This document shows positions 9,579 through 19,577 of a stretch of 64,000 nt of DNA, piece by piece (within the stretch, counting starts at the first letter, position 1; each line of letters starts with the position of its first letter). This DNA is from Promethearchaeota archaeon (lineage in GTDB: Archaea; Asgardarchaeota; Lokiarchaeia; Sigyniarchaeales; SOKP01). Both the position numbers and the translations under genes were made by a program. Below the pieces are notes generated by a model that was not told the DNA's origin, did not search any database, and worked only from the letters and a program-made list of their open reading frames with translations. The stretch lies in assembly GCA_016839555.1 (NCBI GenBank), contig JAEOUA010000003.1, forward strand, positions 416,001 to 480,000, given 5' to 3'.

Positions 9579-10268
9579 ATGAGTATTGATAATTTACAAC
9601 CAAAAGATGTTTTCAAATTTGAATGTTTAAAATGTGGAGCTCCAGCAACAACATATTTCAAACATGTTGAACAAAAATCGAGAATGTTCTTTACATCTAA
9701 ATATGTCTCAGAAAAAAAATTTTTAAGATCATTAAGAGTTCCCGTTTGTTCCAATTGCGATTCAGATCTTAAAACTTGGACTAATAAATATTCAACAACA
9801 AGATCTTCCTATGTAGATGTTATTTGCGAGTTTGTTCTTGGAGTTGGTATTGGGGTTGTTTTGCTATTAATCAGAGATTTTTTTCCCCAAGATCTGAGAT
9901 GGATATCTATCTTGGTGCCAACGCTTTTATTTTTTTTAGTGGGAATCGGTATTATCTATAAGATTTATAAATCAGGAGTAATAAGGAAGAAACCAAATAG
10001 TCCTTTTAGGTATATTGATTTTAGATTAAATAAGCCTTATGTTAGACCAGGTGGTAAAGGCTCATGGATTAAATACACAGATTGGCTTAAAAAAACAGGA
10101 GAAATAGATATTAGCATAGTGGAACAAGCACAATTAGAAAGAGAAAAAAAAGAATTTGAATTGGAACACGATATTAATGTTTTCTATTGTCCAAATTGCG
10201 GAGCAAAATATAATATGGGAACTGATTTTTGTCCAAATTGTGGAAAAGATTTAAGACCATTATATTAA
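9579..10268 (+). CDS. Membrane protein with N-terminal Cys pairs and C-terminal zinc ribbon
   Basis: CLKC, CSNC, 2 TM helices, CPNCG...FCPNCGKDL. Confidence 0.8.
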   Translation: MSIDNLQPKDVFKFECLKCGAPATTYFKHVEQKSRMFFTSKYVSEKKFLRSLRVPVCSNCDSDLKTWTNKYSTTRSSYVDVICEFVLGVGIGVVLLLIRDFFPQDLRWISILVPTLLFFLVGIGIIYKIYKSGVIRKKPNSPFRYIDFRLNKPYVRPGGKGSWIKYTDWLKKTGEIDISIVEQAQLEREKKEFELEHDINVFYCPNCGAKYNMGTDFCPNCGKDLRPLY

Positions 10269-10350
10269 AATTAGTAAAAATAAAAAAAATTTTTTATTTT
10301 TTCTTGAGTTATTAATTTATTGATTTATTTCATTTTTTTAGTTCTAGGAA

Positions 10351-10800
10351 TTATGGTTGTTTATCTAAAGTGGATTTAAATTCATTTATTTTTTTATTTA
10401 TTTTTTTTACTTTTCTCTTTTTTAAATCAGGATTATTTTCAAGTTTTTGTTCCAAACTAGTTATTAAAATAGGTAATATTGTTTTTGGAAATTGACTTGC
10501 TCGTTTTTGAAAATCCTCCTCTGATTCATATTCTCTTGCTCTTTTTAGTTTAAATTTATATGCTGGACCTATCACTCGAAATTCATCTTTTTTTACCTTA
10601 CTGATTGTGTTATAACCAAAAAACATAGGTTTACTGCGCCCGAAGGATTTTCTCTCTTCAAATACTATATAATTATCGGTAAAAAGAACATGAGAATTAT
10701 ATTCTATACGTCCAACACGTTTACCCTTAGAATAAAATTGTGAAATTCTACATAATGTGCTATATTTAATATTTTCTCCTTCTGGAACGGTTTTAGTCAA
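10351..10800 (-). CDS. Hypothetical basic protein, possible PH-like fold; paralog of 9019-9519
   Basis: Similarity to the paralog extends upstream to about 10821 (VPINFSEL vs VSINASDL). Confidence 0.7.
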   Translation of the reverse strand: MTKTVPEGENIKYSTLCRISQFYSKGKRVGRIEYNSHVLFTDNYIVFEERKSFGRSKPMFFGYNTISKVKKDEFRVIGPAYKFKLKRAREYESEEDFQKRASQFPKTILPILITSLEQKLENNPDLKKRKVKKINKKINEFKSTLDKQP

Positions 10801-11018
10801 TTCACTAAAATTTATCGGTACATAAAAATTTGAAATAAAAAATTCACTTCTGGTAATGTTTAATTAAATATGTTCTTCTTTTTTATTTAAATGTTTGCTT
10901 TGATATTCCTTATCTATTTTGTTCTTATTATGATAAATATAGATATAAAAAAAGAAATTATAGTTTTCCATCAATCTAAAACAAAATTTTTAAAATTAAG
11001 GCTATTTGCAATTAAATG

Positions 11019-13409
11019 TTATTCATTAGTTGAATGATTATTTTTATAACTAAATCTACTAATTTTATAAATTTCCTGCGCTATTTTTCTTCCAATATTT
11101 TCTACTTTCATTAAATCTCCAATATCTGAATTAAAAATTTTTTGAAGAGTTTTCATTTCTTTCAGTAAGTTTTTTGCTCGTAAAGTATTAACTCCCGGCA
11201 CACCTGAAATAATGTATTCTAATAAATATGATAATTCAATTGGGGCTTTTTTAAACCTAGATTTTACGGGTTTTTTATATTCAGATTGTTCCCTTTTAGC
11301 CAATTGATATAAAAATTTGGCGGATTCATTTACATCGGAAGTTCTATAAACATTTACTCCTAAATCCAATATTATAGAAGTGATCGCTCCATATAGAGCA
11401 TTTTCACTTATGTTTGTATTTAAAAAAGGATTTTCCTCTAAAATTAGTATTGGTCTTTCAAAATTTTTAGTTAAGTCAATTAATTCTTTAAATAAACGTC
11501 CATCTTTAATGGAATTAGTAAAATCTTGGGAACTTTTTCTTTCTATTCCCACTCGTTCTGAGACTATATAATCTGCTACTTCAAGTTGCTCTAATTGGAT
11601 ATTAACTCCCATTAATGATAATTTTCTCACTACGGGAGATGCTGTCTCTCTATTATCACATAATATAGAGATTTTCTGTGCACCATTAATATCTTTACTT
11701 TCTTCATGATTATGTGAGGATTCTTCAATAGAAACTTTGCTGATTTTCTTATTATCCGATTGCTTAGAATTTTGGGGTTGATCACCTTTTTGTTTATTTA
11801 TGAAACTCAAGAGATCCTTTTGCTCCTTTGACTCCATTTTATTTTCTGATTTTTTCATTCTTTTTAAGGTTTGACGCATATTCGATTCTTTATTTTTTTC
11901 AGCCCAATAATATCCCTCATCTCTGGTTCCTTTTGCCATTAATATGTAAATTTTTCCCTCGTTTTTTCTTCCTGTTCTGCCTCTTCTCTGGATTGATCGG
12001 ATCGCACTTGGAACAACATCATAAAATATTACTAAATTACATTCTGCTATGTCTAAACCCTCCTCCGCTACGCTCGTACCCACTAGCGTATTAAATGTAC
12101 CATTTTTGAATTCCTCTAAAATCTCAATCTGTTTTTTTTGAGTTAACCCTTTGTCGGAACCTTTATTTGCTTGTCCAATGAATTTATGAGCTCTTATTTT
12201 AGAATTATTTTTTATAATATTTACAATATTGTTCACAGAATCCCTATAATGAGCAAACACTAAGACTCTGGAGTCTTGATTTTCTTGAAATTGATTCGTT
12301 AAAATTGCTTCTAATTTGTCAATTTTTGGATGTATAATTCCTTGTGATTGAATTTTTTGGATTAAATTTATAAGTTTTCTGATATCTGAATCTTTAAATA
12401 ATTCCTTCAATGACTTGTTTGCTTTATTTTTTTTTATTTTGTCTATATTTTTGTCAATATAATCCTTCAGCGCGTTTATACCTTGAGTTTCTATTAATTC
12501 CATCATATGAGAAAGTCTAATCGAATTAGCTTGCAATTTCTTAGCATAGAAAAGATTATATTTTTCATCATCAGAAGGAGCAGAGGCAATTTTTCGATTA
12601 ATGATTTGATTTAGTTTTAACAAATCCCTTCTCGTTACATTATTAATATCATAAGAATTAAGGAGATCCATCTTTTTTAGATGCATGTAATGCTGTTTAA
12701 GTTTTTCTTGCAAGATTTTCAATATTTCCGAAAACTCATTTGGTAATTCTATTTTAATCCAATTCTGATCTACATTATGGATGTATGGTTTAACATCAAG
12801 ATCCTTTTCGGTTCTTATCTCAATATGATTAATATATAAATTCTGCTTGATTTCGTTAATCTTTTCCTCGGTGGACCCTGGACTGGCTGTTAATCCTAGA
12901 ATTTGAGGATGTTTAGAATTTCTTATATATTTTTTCGCGATAAAGCAATATGCATAATCACCTATAGCTCGATGACATTCATCAAAAATAATTAGCGATA
13001 CATCGCTTAATGAATATTGATTTGATATAATATCGTTTTGGAGCACTTGGGGAGTCATAAACGCAATTTTTAGATCCTTCCAAATTTCTTTTCTTACATC
13101 TGGTGATATAGTTCCCGTTATTGATTGCAATGCCCTCGATTCTAATAAAATTGATTCCTTGAAGGAGTTATAATGTTGATTTACTAATGGTTTCGTGGGA
13201 GCAAGAAAAATTACTCGTGAATCAGGATATTCCGTAAGTCTATGAACCGCCATCATTAGACCGATAATTGTTTTCCCTAAACCTGTTGGAATAACTACTA
13301 AAGAATTATGATTTAAACAATTAATAAAAATTGTTTCTTGATAAGAGCGTCTCACTATTAAATTCTCTTGAATTAAAGGATGGGAAAGAAATTCATCTTC
13401 AGATGCCAT
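11019..13409 (-). CDS. hef: Hef helicase/nuclease (FANCM-like SF2 helicase plus ERCC4 nuclease and HhH)
   Basis: PTGLGKT, DECH, LTASPG, QRRGRTGR; nuclease DNRE and ERKSSQD; PIP-like QKDLLSFI in the linker. Confidence 0.95.
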   Translation of the reverse strand: MASEDEFLSHPLIQENLIVRRSYQETIFINCLNHNSLVVIPTGLGKTIIGLMMAVHRLTEYPDSRVIFLAPTKPLVNQHYNSFKESILLESRALQSITGTISPDVRKEIWKDLKIAFMTPQVLQNDIISNQYSLSDVSLIIFDECHRAIGDYAYCFIAKKYIRNSKHPQILGLTASPGSTEEKINEIKQNLYINHIEIRTEKDLDVKPYIHNVDQNWIKIELPNEFSEILKILQEKLKQHYMHLKKMDLLNSYDINNVTRRDLLKLNQIINRKIASAPSDDEKYNLFYAKKLQANSIRLSHMMELIETQGINALKDYIDKNIDKIKKNKANKSLKELFKDSDIRKLINLIQKIQSQGIIHPKIDKLEAILTNQFQENQDSRVLVFAHYRDSVNNIVNIIKNNSKIRAHKFIGQANKGSDKGLTQKKQIEILEEFKNGTFNTLVGTSVAEEGLDIAECNLVIFYDVVPSAIRSIQRRGRTGRKNEGKIYILMAKGTRDEGYYWAEKNKESNMRQTLKRMKKSENKMESKEQKDLLSFINKQKGDQPQNSKQSDNKKISKVSIEESSHNHEESKDINGAQKISILCDNRETASPVVRKLSLMGVNIQLEQLEVADYIVSERVGIERKSSQDFTNSIKDGRLFKELIDLTKNFERPILILEENPFLNTNISENALYGAITSIILDLGVNVYRTSDVNESAKFLYQLAKREQSEYKKPVKSRFKKAPIELSYLLEYIISGVPGVNTLRAKNLLKEMKTLQKIFNSDIGDLMKVENIGRKIAQEIYKISRFSYKNNHSTNE

Positions 13410-13604
13410 ATTAATCGAGGCTATTATTTGTTTTATTACTCTTCTATAAAATATTTATTTATCAATATATTTAAAATAAGAGAGACCAAGATTAATTATT
13501 AAATTAATAATATTTTAATAAAATTATAAACAAGTTAATTTACACTCTTTTCATCAATAAAAAGAAAATTTTAATTCGTATACTTGATTTTTATTCATAT
13601 CATT

Positions 13605-13679
13605 GCGCGGATAGTTTAGCCCGGCTATAACGACACGTTCACACCGTGTAGATCGGGGGTTCGAATCCCTCTCCGCGCA
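13605..13679 (+). tRNA. tRNA-Val (anticodon CAC), no intron, CCA not encoded
   Basis: Acceptor GCGCGGA/TCCGCGC plus A; anticodon arm ACACG-TTCACAC-CGTGT; T arm GGGGG-TTCGAAT-CCCTC. Confidence 0.95.
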
Positions 13680-13739
13680 TTTTATCACGACTTTAATTTA
13701 ATTAAAATAAAATTGTTAATATTAACGAATATAAATTAA

Positions 13740-14927
13740 ATGGAGTGTTATATTATGGGACATAATTATGCTCTAATTGGAGCTGGACGGCAAGGGACAG
13801 CAGCTGCATATGATATGGCGAAAAATGGGGATGCGGATAAAGTTTTAATAGGAGATCTTAAAATTAAAAATGCCAAACAATCAGCCCAAAGAATTAATAA
13901 GCTTCTGAATAGAGAAATTGTTGAAGCTGCAGAAGTTAATGTAGAAAATAGGAGAACTATTATTAATTTTTTAACTGATGTAGATGCTTTTCTCAGTGCA
14001 GTGCCATATTACTTTAACTTAGATATTTCAAAAGCGGCAATAGAAGCTGGGGCAAGTATGTGTGATCTGGGAGGGAACACAGAGCTTGTAAAACAACAAT
14101 TAAAGCTTGATAAAGAAGCAAAAAAAGCGGGAATCACGATAGTACCTGATTGTGGGCAAGTTCCAGGTATGGGCACTATTTTATGCGCCTATGCAATGGA
14201 ATTACTTGATAATCCACTTGAAATTTATATGTGGGATGGTGGATTACCACAAAATCCTCGCCCTCCATTTAATTATTTACTTACTTTTAATATAGAAGGG
14301 CTTACGAATGAATATGCTGAACCTACATATTTTTTGAGGGATTATAAATTGATGGAAATTAATCCTTTAGAAGAGTTAGAATCCATATCCTTTCCAGACC
14401 CGATTGGTACCTTAGAAGCATTTACTACAGGGGGAGGTACATCTACTGCACCATGGACTTTTGAGGGTAAATTAAAGGTATATCAGAACAAAACTGTACG
14501 TTATCCTGGACATTTTGATCAACTCAGAGCTTTTTTTGACCTAGGATTATTTGATTTAAAACCACTAGAACTTAATGGAAAAAAAATAATCCCACGAGAA
14601 GTATTTCATACTCTCTTTGAACCAAAAGTTACATTCAAAAAAGATAAAGATCTTGTAGTCATCAGGGTGAAATGTGTTGGAGAAAAGAATGGAAAAAATG
14701 CTGAAGCAATTGTCGAATTAATTGATTATTATGATGAAAAAACTGGATTTACAGCGATGGAGCGAACTACGGGATGGGATGCTTCTATTACAGCTATCAT
14801 GATGACGCATGAGATAATATCTAAAGGTGCAATACCAGTAGAATTAGCAGTACCAAGTGAATTATTTATATCCGAATTATCAAAACGAGGAATAATGGTC
14901 TCTAATGAAATAAATTATCTTAAATAA
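13740..14927 (+). CDS. Saccharopine dehydrogenase / lysine 6-dehydrogenase family
   Basis: GAGRQG, DLGGN, DCGQVPG, GGLPQ, KTVRYPGH, AMERTTG. Confidence 0.88.
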   Translation: MECYIMGHNYALIGAGRQGTAAAYDMAKNGDADKVLIGDLKIKNAKQSAQRINKLLNREIVEAAEVNVENRRTIINFLTDVDAFLSAVPYYFNLDISKAAIEAGASMCDLGGNTELVKQQLKLDKEAKKAGITIVPDCGQVPGMGTILCAYAMELLDNPLEIYMWDGGLPQNPRPPFNYLLTFNIEGLTNEYAEPTYFLRDYKLMEINPLEELESISFPDPIGTLEAFTTGGGTSTAPWTFEGKLKVYQNKTVRYPGHFDQLRAFFDLGLFDLKPLELNGKKIIPREVFHTLFEPKVTFKKDKDLVVIRVKCVGEKNGKNAEAIVELIDYYDEKTGFTAMERTTGWDASITAIMMTHEIISKGAIPVELAVPSELFISELSKRGIMVSNEINYLK

Positions 14928-15069
14928 TCCTTTAAATATATTTCTACCTCATTCTTTTGTAAAATAAAGAGAGCCCTAATTAAGTAATATCAAATATATA
15001 ATAAAAAACCATAAAAATTAAATGAAAAGCTATATTTACCACAATAATTACTTTTTCTGATTTGATAAA

Positions 15070-15378
15070 ATGAGCTCATTTTTAGAATCTCAAGAATTGA
15101 GAAAAAAATATAAGGAAGTAAGAGAATATGTTAAGGTTGGCCCTATTTTCTTAACGAGGTATGAGAAAGCAAGAATCGTCGGCGCTCGAGCTTTGCAAAT
15201 TAGCTTTGGAGCTCCAATTTTAGTTGAAAAACCCAAGGATATGATAGATCCTATTAAGATCGCTCAATTAGAATTAAAATCGCAAATACTTCCTTTAACA
15301 ATTAGACGGGAGCATCCCACTGATCCTGAAAAATTTCAAGATATTCCTATCAATAAATTAATCTTAAAAAAAGAATAG
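15070..15378 (+). CDS. rpo6: DNA-directed RNA polymerase subunit Rpo6 (RpoK)
   Basis: LTRYEKARIVGARALQISFGAP...PLTIRR. Confidence 0.95.
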   Translation: MSSFLESQELRKKYKEVREYVKVGPIFLTRYEKARIVGARALQISFGAPILVEKPKDMIDPIKIAQLELKSQILPLTIRREHPTDPEKFQDIPINKLILKKE

Positions 15379-15407
15379 ATTTTCTTATTTCTTAACCATA
15401 TTTATTT

Positions 15408-15596
15408 TTATCTTAGTTTATTTTTATAATGCCAAATCGGATAAGTCTTGCCTTCTGGATTCCCCAAAATAATGCATCTCACTATAGAGCGACCAAAATT
15501 ACCTTTAATATCAAACCAACCCTCCTTAGCTTGACTAAGAACAAACTCATAATTACATGAGAAGCATCTAAAGAAAAAAACATAATATATTTTTAC
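15408..15596 (-). CDS. Possible small CxxC protein without a canonical start codon
   Basis: Open frame VKIYYVFFFRCFSCNYEFVLSQAKEGWFDIKGNFGRSIVRCIILGNPEGKTYPIWHYKNKLR; GC content above intergenic level. Confidence 0.35.
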   Translation of the reverse strand, partial: VKIYYVFFFRCFSCNYEFVLSQAKEGWFDIKGNFGRSIVRCIILGNPEGKTYPIWHYKNKLR

Positions 15597-15663
15597 TCAA
15601 AACTCGTAAGAAGATTATAATAATATCTTAAAAATAGTTTAATAGCCGACTTTTATAAAAACT

Positions 15664-16068
15664 TTATAAAATTTTATCTTTTCCACGTTCACTTAAAAAA
15701 TAGACTCTTTTATCACCAACTATTTGCGTTTCTACATATCCTTTTGAAATAAGTTTATCCAAGATATCTTCTAATTCTGCTTTTTTATAGGGCTCTTTTC
15801 CTAAAGGTATTCTACTCTGATTAGCGATTATCGCAATTCTGGTCAAAAACATTCGTTTATTTTGTATAGATTCTATAATGGTTTTTTCATCACTAGATAA
15901 TTTTTCGTAGCTATCGTGAGGTACTATTCTTTCTTTTATATTTTTTGCTATATTAATTGATTCAGGATCAAGAGTTCGCTTTTTAGTTTCTACATGGGTT
16001 AATTTGACTTTATCCTTTGCTACCTCTTTTTTTTTATCGTTTTGAGCTTCTTGTTCCTTATCATTCAT
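15664..16068 (-). CDS. Winged-helix domain protein
   Basis: ILDKLISKGYV...RVYFLSERG wing motif. Confidence 0.7.
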   Translation of the reverse strand: MNDKEQEAQNDKKKEVAKDKVKLTHVETKKRTLDPESINIAKNIKERIVPHDSYEKLSSDEKTIIESIQNKRMFLTRIAIIANQSRIPLGKEPYKKAELEDILDKLISKGYVETQIVGDKRVYFLSERGKDKIL

Positions 16069-16123
16069 AATATTTTTAAAGCAATTTAATTATAAAAATT
16101 TATAGAAAAATCGCTTTAAAAAA

Positions 16124-16684
16124 ATGAAAGAAGTCTTTAAAATCTCAACGGGAGAAGAAATATATCTTCGATATATCAAAAGATCAGATTTAAATGCTGT
16201 GTGGAGAAATTTTAATGAAGTTGTTGAGGAAGATATCTATCCCGTGTTTTTTCCCGTCGAAACTCAATTTGAAAAAGAGTCATGGTATGATAGTCTTAAA
16301 AGGGAAAAAAATATTTGCATTATTGCTGATAATCTTGACTTAAAAGTACCATTTAATGTAGTGGGCCAATGTGAAATTTCTAATATCGAATGGGACGCTA
16401 GTAAACACGTGGGAAGCTTAGGTGTTATCGTACAAAAGAATTATCGTGATATGGGCATTGGCAAACGACTGATAGATATGGCCATTCGGGAATCCCAAAA
16501 GTTAAACAATAAAGAAAAAATTATATTAAGTTGCTTTACTAATAATGAAAGAGCAATTCATTTATATAAAGAATTAGGCTTTAAAGAGGTTGGGATCCGA
16601 AAAGCGCAATTTAAAATCGAAGGAAGATATTACGACGAATTATTAATGGAATTATTAATTGAAGATTATCTTAAAGGTCAGTAA
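16124..16684 (+). CDS. GNAT family N-acetyltransferase
   Basis: VQKNYRDMGIG, NERAIHLYKELGF. Confidence 0.9.
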   Translation: MKEVFKISTGEEIYLRYIKRSDLNAVWRNFNEVVEEDIYPVFFPVETQFEKESWYDSLKREKNICIIADNLDLKVPFNVVGQCEISNIEWDASKHVGSLGVIVQKNYRDMGIGKRLIDMAIRESQKLNNKEKIILSCFTNNERAIHLYKELGFKEVGIRKAQFKIEGRYYDELLMELLIEDYLKGQ

Positions 16685-16716
16685 TTTTTTCAGATTAGTT
16701 TTTTAAAATCAGTTTA

Positions 16717-17952
16717 TTAAGACATTCTTGTTTTTTTATAATAAGACAATCTAGATTCCGAAGTGAGGGGATTATTATTTAATGAAAGGAAGTTTAAGCT
16801 GCTTAAGGAATCAAGATCATTAAAATAGAAATTTTTGATATTATTATTATCTAAGAATAAAATAATTAAATTTTTTAAGAATTTAATTCCTTGAATTTCA
16901 TTGATTGAATTATTATTTAAATATAATTCCTTTAATTCTGATAAATTTTGTAATCCTTCGATTTTTTTAATTTTATTATTATTAAGAAGAAGAATATTTA
17001 GCTTTGGTAAATTTTTTAATCCTGTAATTTTTTCTATTTTGTTAAATGAAAGATTTAATTTCTTCAATTGAGTTAATTTCTCTAAGTGAGTTATAATATT
17101 TATATTATTTGATGCAAGAGAAAGTGTTTCTAAATGAGTCACGTAATCTAAATTCTCAATATTTTCTATTTTATTATTTGATAAATTTAATACTTCTAAA
17201 TTTTTTAGTTCATATAAATTTTCTATCTTCATAATCTCATTACTAGATAAATCTAAGCATTTTAACCTTTTTAAATGGCTAATGTCTGATATACTCGAGA
17301 TTTGATTATTGTTTAGTATTAAAGTTTCTAAGTAAATGAGCTTATCAAATCCAGCTATTTCATTTATTCGAGTTAAATTTGAGCCTTCGCAATTTAAGGA
17401 TATTATCAATTTATTTTGAAGGTTCACTTTATATCCACATTTATTAGTATAATAATCATAGAGAAGAAGATTTATCCCAATCTCAATATAATCTGAAAAT
17501 AGAGGTGAATTATTATTAATATGAAAAGATGATTCAATTATTTTTTTCTCAATTTTGAATATTCTAAAGATGGAACTAAAGTAATTGAATAAAATCCCTC
17601 GTGCTTCATTAGTTTCTAAATTTTTTAATATATCAATTGCGAACAATTTTTTCTCAATTGATTCAACATTTTTTATTGTATATTGTAAAAGGGATAAAAA
17701 AGAATCATGTAAACGATAGTTGTTATTTAAAATTCTCCCTGAACTTAAGGATAATTGAATATTTTCATCAGATAAGAACAAAGCTTCAAAAAATTCATAT
17801 TGAGTTCCATTATCGATTTCTCCTAAAAATTCTAAGGCTTTTTGCCTCAAATGTTGATTATTTGAATAATTAATCCATTCTTTTAACAACTGAACACTTT
17901 CGTTGTAACCAAGTTCATTAAAATGTTTCTTAATATATTCGGGTTTTTTCAT
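16717..17952 (-). CDS. Leucine-rich repeat protein (SDS22-like repeats) with HEAT-like N-terminus
   Basis: About 9 LxxLxLxxNxIxxIxxL repeats. Confidence 0.9.
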   Translation of the reverse strand: MKKPEYIKKHFNELGYNESVQLLKEWINYSNNQHLRQKALEFLGEIDNGTQYEFFEALFLSDENIQLSLSSGRILNNNYRLHDSFLSLLQYTIKNVESIEKKLFAIDILKNLETNEARGILFNYFSSIFRIFKIEKKIIESSFHINNNSPLFSDYIEIGINLLLYDYYTNKCGYKVNLQNKLIISLNCEGSNLTRINEIAGFDKLIYLETLILNNNQISSISDISHLKRLKCLDLSSNEIMKIENLYELKNLEVLNLSNNKIENIENLDYVTHLETLSLASNNINIITHLEKLTQLKKLNLSFNKIEKITGLKNLPKLNILLLNNNKIKKIEGLQNLSELKELYLNNNSINEIQGIKFLKNLIILFLDNNNIKNFYFNDLDSLSSLNFLSLNNNPLTSESRLSYYKKTRMS

Positions 17953-18105
17953 TATTTAAGAAAAATTTGTTAAATTTACATCTTTCAATAAAAAATATAT
18001 CCTAATAAAGTTTGCATAATGCAATACTAAATTCCATTAGATTAAACGGAGAATATGGAAATACTATATTACACTGAATGAATTTAAAAATACGATTATA
18101 AAACT

Positions 18106-19227
18106 CTATGAATATATATAGTCTTTCACTGCGTGTTCTTTATCTAACATTTCTGTAAGTGCACTATTGAAATGTCTTTGAGTAATTTCTTTTGCCTTTT
18201 CTCTTAAAGCCTTTATTCCTGCTTCTGTCACTAAAGCTTTTATCTGAGCGCCACTAAACTCTTCAGTTTTTCTTGCAAGTTCCTTAAAATTAACATTGTT
18301 TAAAGTCATTTTTCTTGAATGAATTTTTAGAATCATTTCACGAGCTTCTTCTTCCGGTAAGGAAAATCGAATAATACGGTCGAACCTTCCGGGGCGAAGT
18401 ATAGCAGGATCGAGCACATCTTCTCTATTTGTAGCAGCCATAAATATTATATCGTCATATTTTGCAAAACCATCTAATTCTGAAAGTAATTGCATAAAAG
18501 TTCTTTGGACTTCGCGATCACCTTTATAGACTTCACTTGTTCTTTTTATTGCGATAGCATCGATTTCATCAATAAAAATAATAGCGGGAGTGTTCTCTTG
18601 TGCTAATGTAAATACTTCTCTCACCATTCTTGAACCCTCTCCAATAAATTTTTGGACTAAATCAGAACCTACTAAATGAATGAAGCGTGCTTTGGTAGAA
18701 TTTGCAATGGCTTTGGCTAATAATGTTTTTCCAGTGCCGGGAGGGCCAGAAAGTAGCGCTCCACTTGGGGGCTCGATTCCGAGATCCCTAAATAATTGTG
18801 GATGAAGCAAAGGTAATTCTACAACCTCCCGTATTGCTTGAATTTGCGCATCTAACCCGCCAATATCTTGAAAAGTGACATCTGGGGTTTCTATAAGTTC
18901 CATCCCCGCAACATGACCTCGAATCTTTCGATGTAAAATTTCCAGTATCTGTAAATTATTTGGATGAAGAGTTACTTGATCTCCTGCTTGAGGATTTAAT
19001 GCTTTATTTGGAGGAAGAACAATTCTATTACCCGGAGCATGTGAGACTATAACTCTTCCATCCTCCAAGACTCTTTCTACTGAGCCGATTCTTAAAGGCT
19101 TCTCCTTCATATTATTAATAATTTCCTTAAAGGAACTTAACTCTCTGCGAAGTTGCTGATTTTCTTTGATTAAATTGCTCATTTTTTTTTTTAAATCTTT
19201 TACGTCCGACTCAGTCATCCTATTCAT
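18106..19227 (-). CDS. pan: Proteasome-activating nucleotidase (AAA+)
   Basis: N-terminal coiled coil and OB domain, DIGGL, GPPGTGKT, KFIGEG, DEID, RPGRFDR, C-terminal HbYX (IYS). Confidence 0.9.
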   Translation of the reverse strand: MNRMTESDVKDLKKKMSNLIKENQQLRRELSSFKEIINNMKEKPLRIGSVERVLEDGRVIVSHAPGNRIVLPPNKALNPQAGDQVTLHPNNLQILEILHRKIRGHVAGMELIETPDVTFQDIGGLDAQIQAIREVVELPLLHPQLFRDLGIEPPSGALLSGPPGTGKTLLAKAIANSTKARFIHLVGSDLVQKFIGEGSRMVREVFTLAQENTPAIIFIDEIDAIAIKRTSEVYKGDREVQRTFMQLLSELDGFAKYDDIIFMAATNREDVLDPAILRPGRFDRIIRFSLPEEEAREMILKIHSRKMTLNNVNFKELARKTEEFSGAQIKALVTEAGIKALREKAKEITQRHFNSALTEMLDKEHAVKDYIYS

Positions 19228-19280
19228 AAAAGTAATATAAATTATGCCAAAAATATTTAATTGTTTTTATTTTTCATTTA

Positions 19281-19305
19281 GAATTTTCCCCTTATATGAA
19301 AATTC
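19281..19305. promoter_or_regulatory. Inverted repeat GAATTTTC-N9-GAAAATTC in the pan/actin divergent region
   Basis: Perfect 8-bp arms, about 55-80 bp upstream of pan. Confidence 0.35.
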
Positions 19306-19577
19306 CTATAAGATGCCCTTTAAAATAAGTTTGGAATTACATAATATCTACTATTTTCAACAAACCAAATATATCCTAATTTTTTTTCCCCTTTTTTCTC
19401 ACAGCATTCGAAAATAACTCAATTTTTTAATAAATTAAAATTATTGATTAAGAATATTTAATGGAATTGTTTAAATAAAACCATATATTTAAATTTTAAA
19501 AATGTTATTAATAAAACATAATTATTATTAATAATATAACTAGCAATTAATAAACAAAAATATAAAGGCTGAAAAAT

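Noticed and set aside
13605-13679. tRNA-Val as an integration site
   Set aside because: No duplicate of its 3' end noticed; flanked by housekeeping genes
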